Position numbers and translations under genes: made by a program. Positions 40,988 to 50,111 of a stretch of 64,000 bases of DNA are shown piece after piece; positions within the stretch are counted from its first letter, which is position 1; each line of letters starts with the position of its first letter. Below the pieces are notes generated by a model. It ran no database searches, had not been told where the DNA came from, and saw nothing but the letters and a program-made list of their open reading frames with translations. Source of the stretch: an uncultured Solirubrobacterales bacterium (GTDB lineage Bacteria > Actinomycetota > Thermoleophilia > Solirubrobacterales > Solirubrobacteraceae); assembly GCA_963703825.1 (NCBI GenBank), contig CAVPFS010000003.1:5689-69688 (forward strand), in the 5' to 3' direction.

Positions 40988-41533
40988 TTACGGTCGCGGT
41001 AGGCGTGAAAGGGCGCCGCGCAGCGCCCGAGCGCCGGCCATCAGGCCGATCTCGGTCAGCTCGGCGGCCGCCTGCACCGCGGTTCCGAACGCCGCCGGGC
41101 GCTCGCGGGGCGGGGGCGGGGTGGGCGCTGGCTGTGCCTGGAGCTTGGGCTTGGAGGCGGTCTGGGCGCGAGTCTGCGCGCGCGGGGCGCTTTTCGGCTT
41201 CGCGCGGGGCTTCGCGTGGGCGCGGGTCTGGGCGCGCGGGGCGCTGGTCGGCTTCGCGGGCTTCGGCTTTGCGCGCTTCGGCCTTGGGGCTGTCGCCGGT
41301 TTGGAGGTCGCGGGCGACTCAGCGGTCGTAGCCGGCTCTGCGTGTGCGGCCGGCTCTGCGGTCGCGGCCGGCTCTGCGTGTGCGGCCGGCTCTGCGGGCG
41401 CGGCCGGCGTTTGTGCCGTTTGATCCGCGACGACCGGCGCAGACTCCCGGGCCGGGCGCTTGGCGCTACGCCTGTGTGGCCGCGTGCTCGGCAGCCCGCC
41501 GAGGACTCCTTGATTCTGGTTTTCGTCACTCAT
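40988..41533 (-). CDS. Hypothetical Ala/Pro/Lys-rich protein with internal AEPAA repeats
   Basis: Low-complexity ORF with non-repetitive termini. Confidence 0.6.
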   Translation of the reverse strand: MSDENQNQGVLGGLPSTRPHRRSAKRPARESAPVVADQTAQTPAAPAEPAAHAEPAATAEPAAHAEPATTAESPATSKPATAPRPKRAKPKPAKPTSAPRAQTRAHAKPRAKPKSAPRAQTRAQTASKPKLQAQPAPTPPPPRERPAAFGTAVQAAAELTEIGLMAGARALRGALSRLPRP

Positions 41534-41569
41534 CGCATCACATGATCGCGGAATCATCTGCCCAAGGAC

Positions 41570-41596
41570 TCAAGACCCAGCCGCGGCGCCCGATAT
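41570..41596 (+). promoter_or_regulatory. Sigma-28-like promoter
   Basis: TCAA-N15-CCCGATAT. Confidence 0.4.
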
Positions 41597-41768
41597 ACCG
41601 TAGACACAGCGCCAAGCGGGCCCCGGCGTTTTGGGGCGATTGAGAGAAAATGAGCGGAACTTGAAACGTACGGCGCTGTTCTACGTATACACATAGATAG
41701 CGCTTGTGAGCGCGACGCTGGCCCCCGGAAGCACCCCGCGGCCGGGGCGGGCTGGCGCGCCTTACGCG

Positions 41769-41797
41769 TTGACTTCAAAAAGTGTAGTGACTAGACT
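41769..41797 (+). promoter_or_regulatory. Sigma-A type promoter
   Basis: TTGACT-N17-TAGACT, 100 nt upstream of the sigma factor start. Confidence 0.7.
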
Positions 41798-41897
41798 AAA
41801 CAGGCCTGTTTGAGTAGCGGTCGTACGCCCTCGACGGCCGACGACCGAGTCGCGGTACTCAGCGTCAAGATCGACGCATGGACGGAAACGGATTCAA

Positions 41898-42998
41898 ATG
41901 TCAGTAGCGGAACTGCAGGAACTCGAAGAGATCAAGGGACTCGTCAACCGGGGCCAGCAGCTCGGCGTGCTGACGTACTCCGAGATCGCAGGTGCGGTAT
42001 CCGAGCTCGATCTCGACGAGGCCGACGTCGAAGAGCTGCACGGCTTCCTGGAGCGTGCAGAGATCGAACTCGTTGAAGAGGTGGATCCGGCGCTCTCGGC
42101 CGCCGAGGTCGAGCGCGCCCCGGACAAGCGTGGGCGCCGCAAGGCCAAGACGGCGCTGGACCTGAAGCCGGACATGACCACGGACTCGCTGCAGCTGTTC
42201 CTCAAGGACATCGGCAAGGTCCGGCTGCTCACCGCCCAGGAAGAGGTTGACCTTGCCAAGCGCATCGAGCGCGGCGACCTGGACGCCAAGCAGAAGATGG
42301 TCGAGTCCAACCTCCGGCTCGTGGTCTCGATCGCCAAGAACTACCGGAACCAGGGTCTGCCGTTCCTGGACCTGATCCAGGAGGGGACGCTCGGCCTGGT
42401 CCGTGCGGCGGAGAAGTTCGACTACCGCAAGGGCTTCAAGTTCTCCACCTATGCGACCTGGTGGATCCGCCAGGCGATTGCCCGTGCGCTGGCTGACAAG
42501 GCGCGCACGATCCGGATCCCGGTCCACGTGGTCGAGAAGCTCAACAAGATCGGTCGCGCGGAGCGCAAGCTCGTAACCGAACTGGGCCGCGAGCCGACCG
42601 CCGAGGAGATCGCCGAGGTGACCGGCATCGAGCCCGAAGAGGTGGAGTCGATCAAGCGCTCGGCCCAGGCCCCGGTGTCGCTCGAGAAGCCCGTCGGTGA
42701 CGAGGAGGAGTCCGAGTTCGGCCAGTTCATCGCCGACGAGCGGGCGGAGTCCCCGTACGAGCGGGCCGCCGAGATCCTGACCAAGGAAGCGCTCCGCGAG
42801 GCCCTCGAGAACCTCAGTTACCGCGAGCGCCGGGTGCTGGAGCTCCGTTACGGGCTCGGCGGTGAGCACCCGCGGACCCTCGACGAGGTCGGGCGGACGT
42901 TCAACGTGACGCGCGAGCGGATCCGTCAGATCGAGAACCAGTCGCTGAAGAAGCTCCAGTCGCTGGCCGAAGCGCAGAAGCTCCGCGACGTCGCTTAG
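41898..42998 (+). CDS. RpoD/SigA-like sigma-70 factor (probably a paralogue)
   Basis: Region 1.1-like N-terminus, [42 protein letters not shown]. Confidence 0.93.
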   Translation: MSVAELQELEEIKGLVNRGQQLGVLTYSEIAGAVSELDLDEADVEELHGFLERAEIELVEEVDPALSAAEVERAPDKRGRRKAKTALDLKPDMTTDSLQLFLKDIGKVRLLTAQEEVDLAKRIERGDLDAKQKMVESNLRLVVSIAKNYRNQGLPFLDLIQEGTLGLVRAAEKFDYRKGFKFSTYATWWIRQAIARALADKARTIRIPVHVVEKLNKIGRAERKLVTELGREPTAEEIAEVTGIEPEEVESIKRSAQAPVSLEKPVGDEEESEFGQFIADERAESPYERAAEILTKEALREALENLSYRERRVLELRYGLGGEHPRTLDEVGRTFNVTRERIRQIENQSLKKLQSLAEAQKLRDVA

Positions 42999-43049
42999 TC
43001 ATTAGTCGTTAGTCGTCGCTGCGTTGGCTCACCGGCCCGGCGGTTGCGG

Positions 43050-43164
43050 CATGCGTTTTGTGCCAAATCCGCAGCGCTCGGTTGGATTTGCCACAGAACG
43101 CTTGTCTGGCGTGCAGAGCGTGGCAAATCCGGAAGGGGCATGCGGATTTTCTACAAACTGCATG
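43050..43164. repeat. Twin-hairpin REP/MITE-like element
   Basis: Imperfect terminal inverted repeat CATGCGTTTTGTGCCAAATCCGCA / TGCGGATTTTCTACAAACTGCATG; two AAATCC...GGATTT hairpins. Confidence 0.65.
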
Positions 43165-43297
43165 TTGCCGGGCGATCGCACCGGGGCGGCGCCTACGCAC
43201 GGCGCCGCCCCGCGCACACCCGCCGGTCGCCGATCCACGAGGCGCCCTCCATACCCACGCTTCAGTTCGTGAAGCATTGCGCTAGACTGGGACTGCG

Positions 43298-43678
43298 ATG
43301 GTTGATAGAGACACGTGCCCGGTCTGCCGGACAGCTGAGATCGTGTGCGGAAAGTGGACGTTGCTGGTGATCAGGGATCTGGCGGAAGGGCGCTCGCGGT
43401 TCTGCGAACTCGAGCGCTCGCTGGCGGGGATCAGCCCGCGGACCCTGTCACTGAGGCTCCGTGCCCTCGAGGAGGAGGGCATCGTCGAGCGCCAGACGTT
43501 CCCCGAGGTGCCGCCGCGGGTTGAATACGTCCTGACTGACAAGGGCCGCGCACTGGTGCCGCTGATCGAGGACATGCGGACCTACGGGCGCGAGTGGCTC
43601 GGCGTCGATTGCGCCGAGATCGCGCCCGCGCAGGAAGCGCCCGCGCAGGAAGCAGTCCTCGAGCCCGCCATCGCCTGA
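43298..43678 (+). CDS. HxlR-family transcriptional regulator
   Basis: CPV...GKWTLLVIRDL, RFCEL, PPRVEYVLT. Confidence 0.9.
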   Translation: MVDRDTCPVCRTAEIVCGKWTLLVIRDLAEGRSRFCELERSLAGISPRTLSLRLRALEEEGIVERQTFPEVPPRVEYVLTDKGRALVPLIEDMRTYGREWLGVDCAEIAPAQEAPAQEAVLEPAIA

Positions 43679-43684
43679 GCTGAG

Positions 43685-44131
43685 TTGCGAATCGCCGTCG
43701 CCGCCGACGAGCTGACCGGCGTCGCGACCGCATTGACGCACGAGCTGCGAGCCCGCGGTCACGAGCTCGTGCTTCACGGCGCCTACGCGGACGCCGAGCG
43801 CGCCGACTGGGCGTGGGCCAGCGAGCGCGCCGCCCGCGACGTGGCCGACGGCAACGCCGACCAGGCGGTCGTCGCCTGCTGGACCGGCACCGGAGCCTCG
43901 ATCGCCGCCAACAAGGTCGCCGGCATCCGGGCCGCGCTGTGCGCGGACGCGCAGACCGCCGAGGGGGCCCGGCGCTGGAATGACGCCAACGTGCTGGCGC
44001 TGAGCCTGCGCTCGACCTCGGAGGCCGAGCTGGCCGAGATCCTTGACGCCTGGCTGGCCGCGGCGCCGAGCGAGGACGCGGCCGACGCGGAGAACGTCGC
44101 CCACCTGGCTCAAATCGAACGCGAGCGCTGA
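43685..44131 (+). CDS. RpiB/LacAB family sugar-phosphate isomerase
   Basis: CWTGTGASIAANKVAGIRAA, ARRWNDANVL. Confidence 0.88.
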   Translation: MRIAVAADELTGVATALTHELRARGHELVLHGAYADAERADWAWASERAARDVADGNADQAVVACWTGTGASIAANKVAGIRAALCADAQTAEGARRWNDANVLALSLRSTSEAELAEILDAWLAAAPSEDAADAENVAHLAQIERER

Positions 44132-44196
44132 GACGCGGCTGCAAGCGGCGCTGCCGCCGGCAGGATCCCCGGCGGCGACGAAGAATCCGCCACGAC

Positions 44197-45479
44197 GTGC
44201 GAAATGCAGCGCTGCACCACATGCTGGAGGCGTTCACGGTCGAGGCCGGTGGCCGGCTCGCGGCCGAGCTGTCGGCGGGCGAGGAGATTCCGTTCGATCT
44301 CGTCGAGGAGCGCGGCGGCAGCGCCTCGCTCTACTGCTACAAGCCACTGACCGGCGCCTTCATCACCCAGCAGCTCCGCAAGCTCTCGACTCTTGACAGC
44401 TATCTGCCGGCGGCCGACGCGCTCGCCGGCTGCGAGGCGATCGACGTCTACCTGCACGAGCACGGGATCGCGCGCGTCCCCGTCGAGCGCCGCAGCCGCG
44501 CTGAGGCAGCGATCGGCGTCTTTCTCACGTCGGTCTACCGCGACCGATCCGAGTTCGGCTTCGAACCGGTCCACTTCGAGTCCGCCTACGGCGAGCTCGA
44601 GCGCGCGCTCTACGACGGCCACTGCACCGCGACCGTGATCACGCAGGTGCTGGGGGTCGCGCTTGACCCGGAGACCACGCAGCTGATGCTCGGTGACGGC
44701 CTGTCGCTGATCAGGGGCGACGCGCTGCCCGACGCGCCTCCGGAGGCGGTCTGGGGCGACGGGAACGAGCCCAATGTGCTGGCGCTGTTGACCGTCGACC
44801 AGGAGCGCTCGGAGCGTGCGCCGACCTCGATCGCGCGCGTCCGCTTCAGGCGGATCCTGACCGCGCTGCGGCTGTTCGAGCGCGGCGGCTTCGCGCTCGG
44901 GCCGGTCGCCTGGGCGCGCAATGACTCCGGCAGCTGGCGGCCGGTGGCGATCGGCGCCAGCGGCAGGCCGAGGCTGGTGACGATCGTGCCCGCCGATCAG
45001 GAAGAGGAGCTTCGGGCGTTCTGCGAGCTGGTGGCGCGCAGGATGCCGGGCGGCGGCGAGCTGGCCTGGGCGCTGTCGCGGTTCGAGATGGGCTGCGAGC
45101 GGCTGGCGCCGTTCGAGGCGCTGACTGACTATCTGCTGGCGTTGCGGGCGCTGCTCGAGCCCGAGGGGCCGGCGAGCGGGCGCCTGGCGCAACGGCTGGC
45201 GGTGATCTGCGCTCCGCCCGACCGCCGCGCCGCGCTCGCCGAGCGAACGGCGCGGGCGATCTCGCTCGAGCGGGCGGTCATCACCGGGCTCGCGGCCTCG
45301 GGCGCAGGCGCCGACGCGCTCGTCGACGAGCTCTCAGAGCACCTGCGGGCGATCCTCCGCGACGCGCTCTGCGGTCACCTCGACGCCGACATCCGCGCCG
45401 TCGCCGACGAGCTGCTGGCCGAGGCGGCGTCGGCCCTTCCCGCGGTTCAAGCCAGCCTCGCCTTCGGCCGATACTCTGA
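44197..45479 (+). CDS. Hypothetical protein with HEPN-like C-terminal domain (true stop uncertain)
   Basis: WALSRFEMG...LLALRALLEPE...LAQRLA resembles ApeA-type HEPN helices; coding-like composition fades after about 45440. Confidence 0.55.
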
Positions 45480-45667
45480 ACAGCGGCCGCTCCCTACTCG
45501 GCCCCGTTTCCGGGGTCGGGAGTGTTTTGCCCGCCAGGCACAACACGTAAGTCCTGGGGCTCGTATGCAGTCAGGGGGAGCGCGACCAGCAGAGAGAGCG
45601 GACCTCACGGCCCGCTCTCTCTGCCGTTCAAGGGGCTCCGTTCTCGTAACGGACCCCGAGTCCCGCG
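45447..45667 (+). ncRNA. Candidate structured sRNA with sigma-28-like promoter
   Basis: TCAA-N16-GCCGATAC, then nested stems and a 16-bp terminator-like hairpin. Confidence 0.4.
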
Positions 45668-47596
45668 CTACGGCCGGCCGGTGCTCGGGTGGAGGATCAG
45701 CTTCGCGTTCGGCGAGCCGCCGAAATCGAACATCCCGGCGAGGTCAAACGCCAGCCCCTGGCGCCGATTGCGTCCGGCGAGTATCTGGTCGGCCGACCCC
45801 GGGATCCCTGGCAGCCCCCAGTTGTACTCGACGAAGTTGATGATCGACGCCTGGTCTGAGAGGTTGTGATCCACGTAGTTGGACTTCGCGAACGGCGAGA
45901 TCACGATCATCGGCAGCCGCGGACCGAAGCCGCAGCGTCCCTGCTCGTTGTCAAGCGGCCGCCGGTTTGCGTTCGTGCTTTTGCAGAGCCCCGAGGTCGG
46001 GCCGCTGAACGTCGTGTTCGTGAGGTTGTCGGCCGGTGATGTCGAGGGGTTAAGGACGCCGCTGAAGACGTGGTCGTACCAGCCGTCAGAGTCGTCGTAG
46101 TTGATGATCACCGCGGTGCTGCTCCAGTCCGGAGACTTCATCAGCGCGTTGACGATCCCGGTGATGAACTGCTGCTCGTCGGCCGGATCTGAGTAGCCGG
46201 CGTGGCCGTCCTCATAGCCCGGCGCCTTCAGGAAGTTGACCGCCGGCAGCGCCGACGCGGGCAACTGACCGTTGGTGATCGCCGCCACTAGCTGGTTGAA
46301 GTCGCTCGTGTCGTACTGGTGGTTGGGGGTGTTGAACTGCGGCACGCCGTCGACATAGGACTGCGTGTCGCGCCCGATCGTCGACAGGCCGGCGTGCGTG
46401 TCGTTGCCGCTCGAGTCAGTCGGGATCGTGAGATGGTGCGGGTTCGCCGTCGAGGCGTAGTACTGGAACGGCTCGTGGTGGGGGATGTAGTCGTTCTTAT
46501 AGCCCCACTGGCCGGTGCCTCCGAGCGCGACGCCGACGGGATGGACCGCGTCGCACAGGCCCTCGTTGCTCGAGTTGGGAACACTCGAGTTGAAGCCGGC
46601 CTTGGCGAACTCGTCGGGGATGAAGGTCGCGTCTGACTGGCCGCTCTGGCCGATCGCCGAAAGGCCCTGCTGGTAGGTCGTTGTCGGGCGCAAGCCGCCT
46701 TCGAACCAGCCCCAGGAGACGCCGGCCGCGTTGAGCTCGTCGCCGATGTTGGTGCCCGACATCGCGACTGCGTCGCGGGTCGAGCAGTCGTCCCAGTAGG
46801 GCTGCGCGTCACTGGTCAGCGAGTAGCCGCCCTTGCCGTTGCCGGTCAGGTCCCCGTCGGGCGAGGTGGAGGTCGACAGCGACGGGCTGTTGGCCGAGTG
46901 CGAGGTGTCGACGTTGCCGGTGTCGCCGGCGGCGAGGTTGATCGCCCCGGGTGCCGAGGGACCGAATGTGGTCCCGAACGAGTCGTCGCTCATCGCGTAC
47001 TGCTGGGCGTAGTTCCACAGCGCCGTGACCGTGTTGCCATCGTAGTAGTCCATCACGGTCTTGGCCTGGCAGGGGGCGCCGGTCGGGCCTGTGCCGCCGC
47101 CGGTGCCGACGCTCTGGACGAAGTGGTCCATGTTGCCGCCGTCGAACGCCTGCTGTTCGTCGGAGTAGTCGTGGTCCTGATCGCAGGTCAACTGACCCTG
47201 ACCCGCAACGACGCCGTTGGCGCTCGAGTCCAGGCGCTGAGGCGCGTCCTCGTTGGGGTTGTCCGTGATCAGGTTGCTGCTGTGGCGCAGCCGCGGCGGC
47301 AGCGAGCTCGAGGTCGCCGGCAGCAGGCCGTCGACCGCCGGCGTGTTCGGCGCCGCGTTGAAGGTCTGACCGTCAGTGTTGGCGGCGTTCGGATACGTGC
47401 CGAAGTAGTGATCGAAGGAGACGTTCTCCTGGAAGATCACGACCACGTGCTTGATCGGGGTCGCGGTGAGCTGGCCCTGCCCGTTCTGGGCGTCCTGATG
47501 GCGTCGCCCGCTCGCGCTGGCGGCGCCCGTGATCAGGATCGTGCCCGCCAGGGCGGCGAGCGCCAGCAGCAGGACGTAGATTCGTCTCGGCGGCAA
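45668..47596 (-). CDS. Secreted phospholipase C / acid phosphatase (phosphoesterase family)
   Basis: Signal peptide, IKHVVVIFQENVSFDHYFGTY, TFGPSAPG, HHEPFQY, YDDSDGWYDHV, GPRLP. Confidence 0.9.
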   Translation of the reverse strand: MPPRRIYVLLLALAALAGTILITGAASASGRRHQDAQNGQGQLTATPIKHVVVIFQENVSFDHYFGTYPNAANTDGQTFNAAPNTPAVDGLLPATSSSLPPRLRHSSNLITDNPNEDAPQRLDSSANGVVAGQGQLTCDQDHDYSDEQQAFDGGNMDHFVQSVGTGGGTGPTGAPCQAKTVMDYYDGNTVTALWNYAQQYAMSDDSFGTTFGPSAPGAINLAAGDTGNVDTSHSANSPSLSTSTSPDGDLTGNGKGGYSLTSDAQPYWDDCSTRDAVAMSGTNIGDELNAAGVSWGWFEGGLRPTTTYQQGLSAIGQSGQSDATFIPDEFAKAGFNSSVPNSSNEGLCDAVHPVGVALGGTGQWGYKNDYIPHHEPFQYYASTANPHHLTIPTDSSGNDTHAGLSTIGRDTQSYVDGVPQFNTPNHQYDTSDFNQLVAAITNGQLPASALPAVNFLKAPGYEDGHAGYSDPADEQQFITGIVNALMKSPDWSSTAVIINYDDSDGWYDHVFSGVLNPSTSPADNLTNTTFSGPTSGLCKSTNANRRPLDNEQGRCGFGPRLPMIVISPFAKSNYVDHNLSDQASIINFVEYNWGLPGIPGSADQILAGRNRRQGLAFDLAGMFDFGGSPNAKLILHPSTGRP

Positions 47597-47705
47597 TTTG
47601 GAGCTCCTTGCTAGTGGCTGGATCCGGCGCCCCGGTCGCGTCGCGCCGGCAGCCGACAGGCTCTCGCCGTCCCGCGCGGCGCGAGTTGCCCGCGCGTGAT
47701 GGAGC

Positions 47706-47723
47706 TGTTACCGGGTTGTGAAC
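47706..47723 (-). promoter_or_regulatory. PHO-box-like repeat upstream of the phosphoesterase
   Basis: Minus strand GTTCACA-ACCC-GGTAACA (11-bp spacing). Confidence 0.55.
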
Positions 47724-48745
47724 GAGGTCGGCACGAGCTCGCTTGTCACGAGCCCGTGCTCCTTCGTCAGCTCGTCGACCACCGGCCACCAGCCGCGAAC
47801 GCGCTCGGGAGTGTCAATCGCGACGACCAGCACCGGCACGTTGCGCCGCAGCGACAGCGGCCGGTCATGGAACGGCTCCCGGTCGGCATAGAAGCCGCGG
47901 ACGCCCCGCAGCGCGATCGCGCCGGCGGCGCCGGCCTCGCGCAGTCCCAGCAGCAGGGCCGAGTGGACCGGATGGCCGTCGTGGGTCGCCTGCTCCTCGA
48001 CGTGGACCGTCAGCTTCTGCCAGTTCGGCAGCCCGCTCGGATCGAGCACGGGCACGCCGTGTGGCGCCCCGGCCGGCTCGCCGGCTGCCTTGACGACCTC
48101 CACGCGCTCGATCGTCGCGACCGGGTCGTCGAGCAGCTGCGCCAGTTCCGGCAGCGCCGTCCCGAGCGCGCCGGCGCTACCGATCACGATCATCATCAGC
48201 GGCACCTCAGCGTTGCGCGCGAAGAACCGTGCCCGCCGCCGCTGACCGTGAAGCGTCCCGTCGACCGCCAGCAGCACTGAAGCGCCCTGCACACCCCGAG
48301 TCGCCAGCCGCCGCACGGCAGTCACGTAACCCGCCTCGCCCCCCGAGCGCACGGACCTGCCCCCGTAGAGCGTCAGCTTGACCGGCGTGTCGGGATCGGC
48401 GGGGAGGCTCGAGCGCGCGAGGTCCCCGGCGGTCACGAGCGTCGCACGTTCGATCGTCACCAGCCCACCCGATGCGGTCAGCTCGACCAGGCCCGGCAGC
48501 GCCCGCTCGATGCGGTCACTCGAGTCGATCGCGATCGAGAGCGCCGGCAGGCTCTCGGATGAGCTCAGCAGGCGATCGGTGTGCAGGTGGTGGTGTGAAC
48601 CGAAACCATCGGCGCCGCGAAGCAGGACGCTGGTATGGATCTCGTGGCGCTCATAAAGGGTCAGTAGCTCGTCGGCGAGAAACCCGTGACCGGCGCGCTG
48701 GCGCTCGCTGAAGTAGACGCTCAGCTTGGTGCCAGGCTCTTTCAC
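47708..48745 (-). CDS. Triple DUF190 (PII-like) protein
   Basis: Three repeats starting KLSVY, KLTLY and KLTVH, with LLRGADGFG and ALRGVRGF. Confidence 0.8.
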   Translation of the reverse strand: MKEPGTKLSVYFSERQRAGHGFLADELLTLYERHEIHTSVLLRGADGFGSHHHLHTDRLLSSSESLPALSIAIDSSDRIERALPGLVELTASGGLVTIERATLVTAGDLARSSLPADPDTPVKLTLYGGRSVRSGGEAGYVTAVRRLATRGVQGASVLLAVDGTLHGQRRRARFFARNAEVPLMMIVIGSAGALGTALPELAQLLDDPVATIERVEVVKAAGEPAGAPHGVPVLDPSGLPNWQKLTVHVEEQATHDGHPVHSALLLGLREAGAAGAIALRGVRGFYADREPFHDRPLSLRRNVPVLVVAIDTPERVRGWWPVVDELTKEHGLVTSELVPTSFTTR

Positions 48746-49101
48746 AGCGCGCCTCCGATCAGGCGCCCGGCGAGCGCGAAAGCGAACCCGGCGACGAGCG
48801 AGATCGCGAGATTGCGCCACGCAAGGCCGGCCTCGCCGTCCTCGGCGGGGCGGTGGCATTCGAGCATCCAGGTCGAGAAGGTGGTGTAGGAGCCGACGGT
48901 CGCGGTGCCGAGCAGCAGCGTCACCTCATGCGAGGCTCGCAGCCCTACGAGCAGCCCCAGCGCGAGACAGCCCCCGAGGTTGACGGCCAGCGTCCCGAGC
49001 GGGAACTCTGAGCGCACGCGCTCTTGCACGAGCCCATCGAAAACGAACCGCGCGATCCCGCCGGCGCCGCCGCACAGCGCCACCAGCAACGCGGTCACCA
49101 T
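48742..49101 (-). CDS. crcB: Fluoride channel subunit 2
   Basis: GGIARF, PLGTLAVN, GSYTTFSTW. Confidence 0.9.
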   Translation of the reverse strand: MVTALLVALCGGAGGIARFVFDGLVQERVRSEFPLGTLAVNLGGCLALGLLVGLRASHEVTLLLGTATVGSYTTFSTWMLECHRPAEDGEAGLAWRNLAISLVAGFAFALAGRLIGGAL

Positions 49102-49499
49102 GTCAGACGGGCGCGGCGGACGATCGCGGTCCCGATCGCAACCCCCGCGAAGCCGGCGATCACGCTGGCGCCGCAGTAGAGGGCCGCGAGCCAGAGGTCT
49201 CCAGCGTCTGTCATCTTCAACACCTCGACCTGGAAGGTGGAAAACGTCGTCAGGCCGCCGCAGAAGCCGGTGCCGAGGAACGGCCGCCGGTAGGCCGTGA
49301 CCGGCAGTCGCTCCTGCAGGCGGGTGACGAAGTAGCCGAGCAGCAAGCAGCCGATCACGTTGACCGCGAACGTGACCCACGGCCAGTGTCCGGTATGGAC
49401 CGGGGCAAGCTCCTCCAGCCCAGTCCGGATCGCGGCGCCGAGCGCGCCGCCGGCGAAGATCGCGACCAGGGCACGGCGGTCAGCTGCGGCCGACGGCAT
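49095..49499 (-). CDS. crcB: Fluoride channel subunit 1
   Basis: GGALGAAIR, PWVTFAVN, GFCGGLTTFSTF. Confidence 0.9.
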   Translation of the reverse strand: MPSAAADRRALVAIFAGGALGAAIRTGLEELAPVHTGHWPWVTFAVNVIGCLLLGYFVTRLQERLPVTAYRRPFLGTGFCGGLTTFSTFQVEVLKMTDAGDLWLAALYCGASVIAGFAGVAIGTAIVRRARLTW

Positions 49500-49556
49500 C
49501 ACGAGCGCAGCGACGATAGCGGCGGCGCCGAGCCGGGGGTGTCAACCTTCCGGGCG

Positions 49557-50111
49557 ATGTTTCACGTCGAGCTGCGCCAGTTTCCCCACGTCGCGCGCGT
49601 CTTCAACCTCGGGCGCGAGGAGCTCGATCGGCGCTTCGCCCTTCCGTGGGCCAGCGGGGCGATGGTTGACGAGGAGGAGCGCCGCTGGAGCCCCGAGCGG
49701 GCGCGGCTGACGATCTTCGAGGCGCCCGAGCTGCCGCTTGACGAGATCGGCATGGGGAGAGGGTGGGCGACCGTCGGCAAGACCGGCGCTGACGTGACCG
49801 CGATCGTGCTCGCCGAAGCGCAGCGCGGCGCCCAGGGGCGCTCGACGGTCGACGGCTTCAAGGCCGAGATCCGCGCCGCGGCCCCGCTGAGCTTCGGAGA
49901 GGTAGTCGAGCTGGCCGGCGCCCAGTACCCGCTGTGGCGCCTCAGCGAGCGCCTGTCACTATCCGAGCAGGCGGTCTGGGAGCTGCTTCACCAGGGCGGA
50001 CTGACGCTCCACGGTCCCGAAGGTGAGGTCGATCGCGAGCAGTGGCAGGCGACCGTGATCGACTGGTCGACCTGGACCGGCGGGATGTTCACCCTCAAGC
50101 CGGCGGGTTAG
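49557..50111 (+). CDS. Hypothetical protein
   Basis: Clean 184-aa ORF. Confidence 0.65.
   Translation: MFHVELRQFPHVARVFNLGREELDRRFALPWASGAMVDEEERRWSPERARLTIFEAPELPLDEIGMGRGWATVGKTGADVTAIVLAEAQRGAQGRSTVDGFKAEIRAAAPLSFGEVVELAGAQYPLWRLSERLSLSEQAVWELLHQGGLTLHGPEGEVDREQWQATVIDWSTWTGGMFTLKPAG

Noticed and set aside
45480-45560. c-di-GMP-I riboswitch on the minus strand (GGGCAAA...GAAA)
   Set aside because: Lacks the GGGACGCAAA segment and the P3 signature, and no downstream gene lies in that orientation.
45480-45840. C-terminal extension of the 547-aa ORF
   Set aside because: Composition turns non-coding-like and it overlaps the convergent phosphoesterase by about 170 bp; probably a missed stop.
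49503-49556. Fluoride riboswitch or perfect sigma-A promoter upstream of crcB
   Set aside because: No GGCGATGG aptamer core; the TTGACA-TATCGT spacing is 21 bp, too long.
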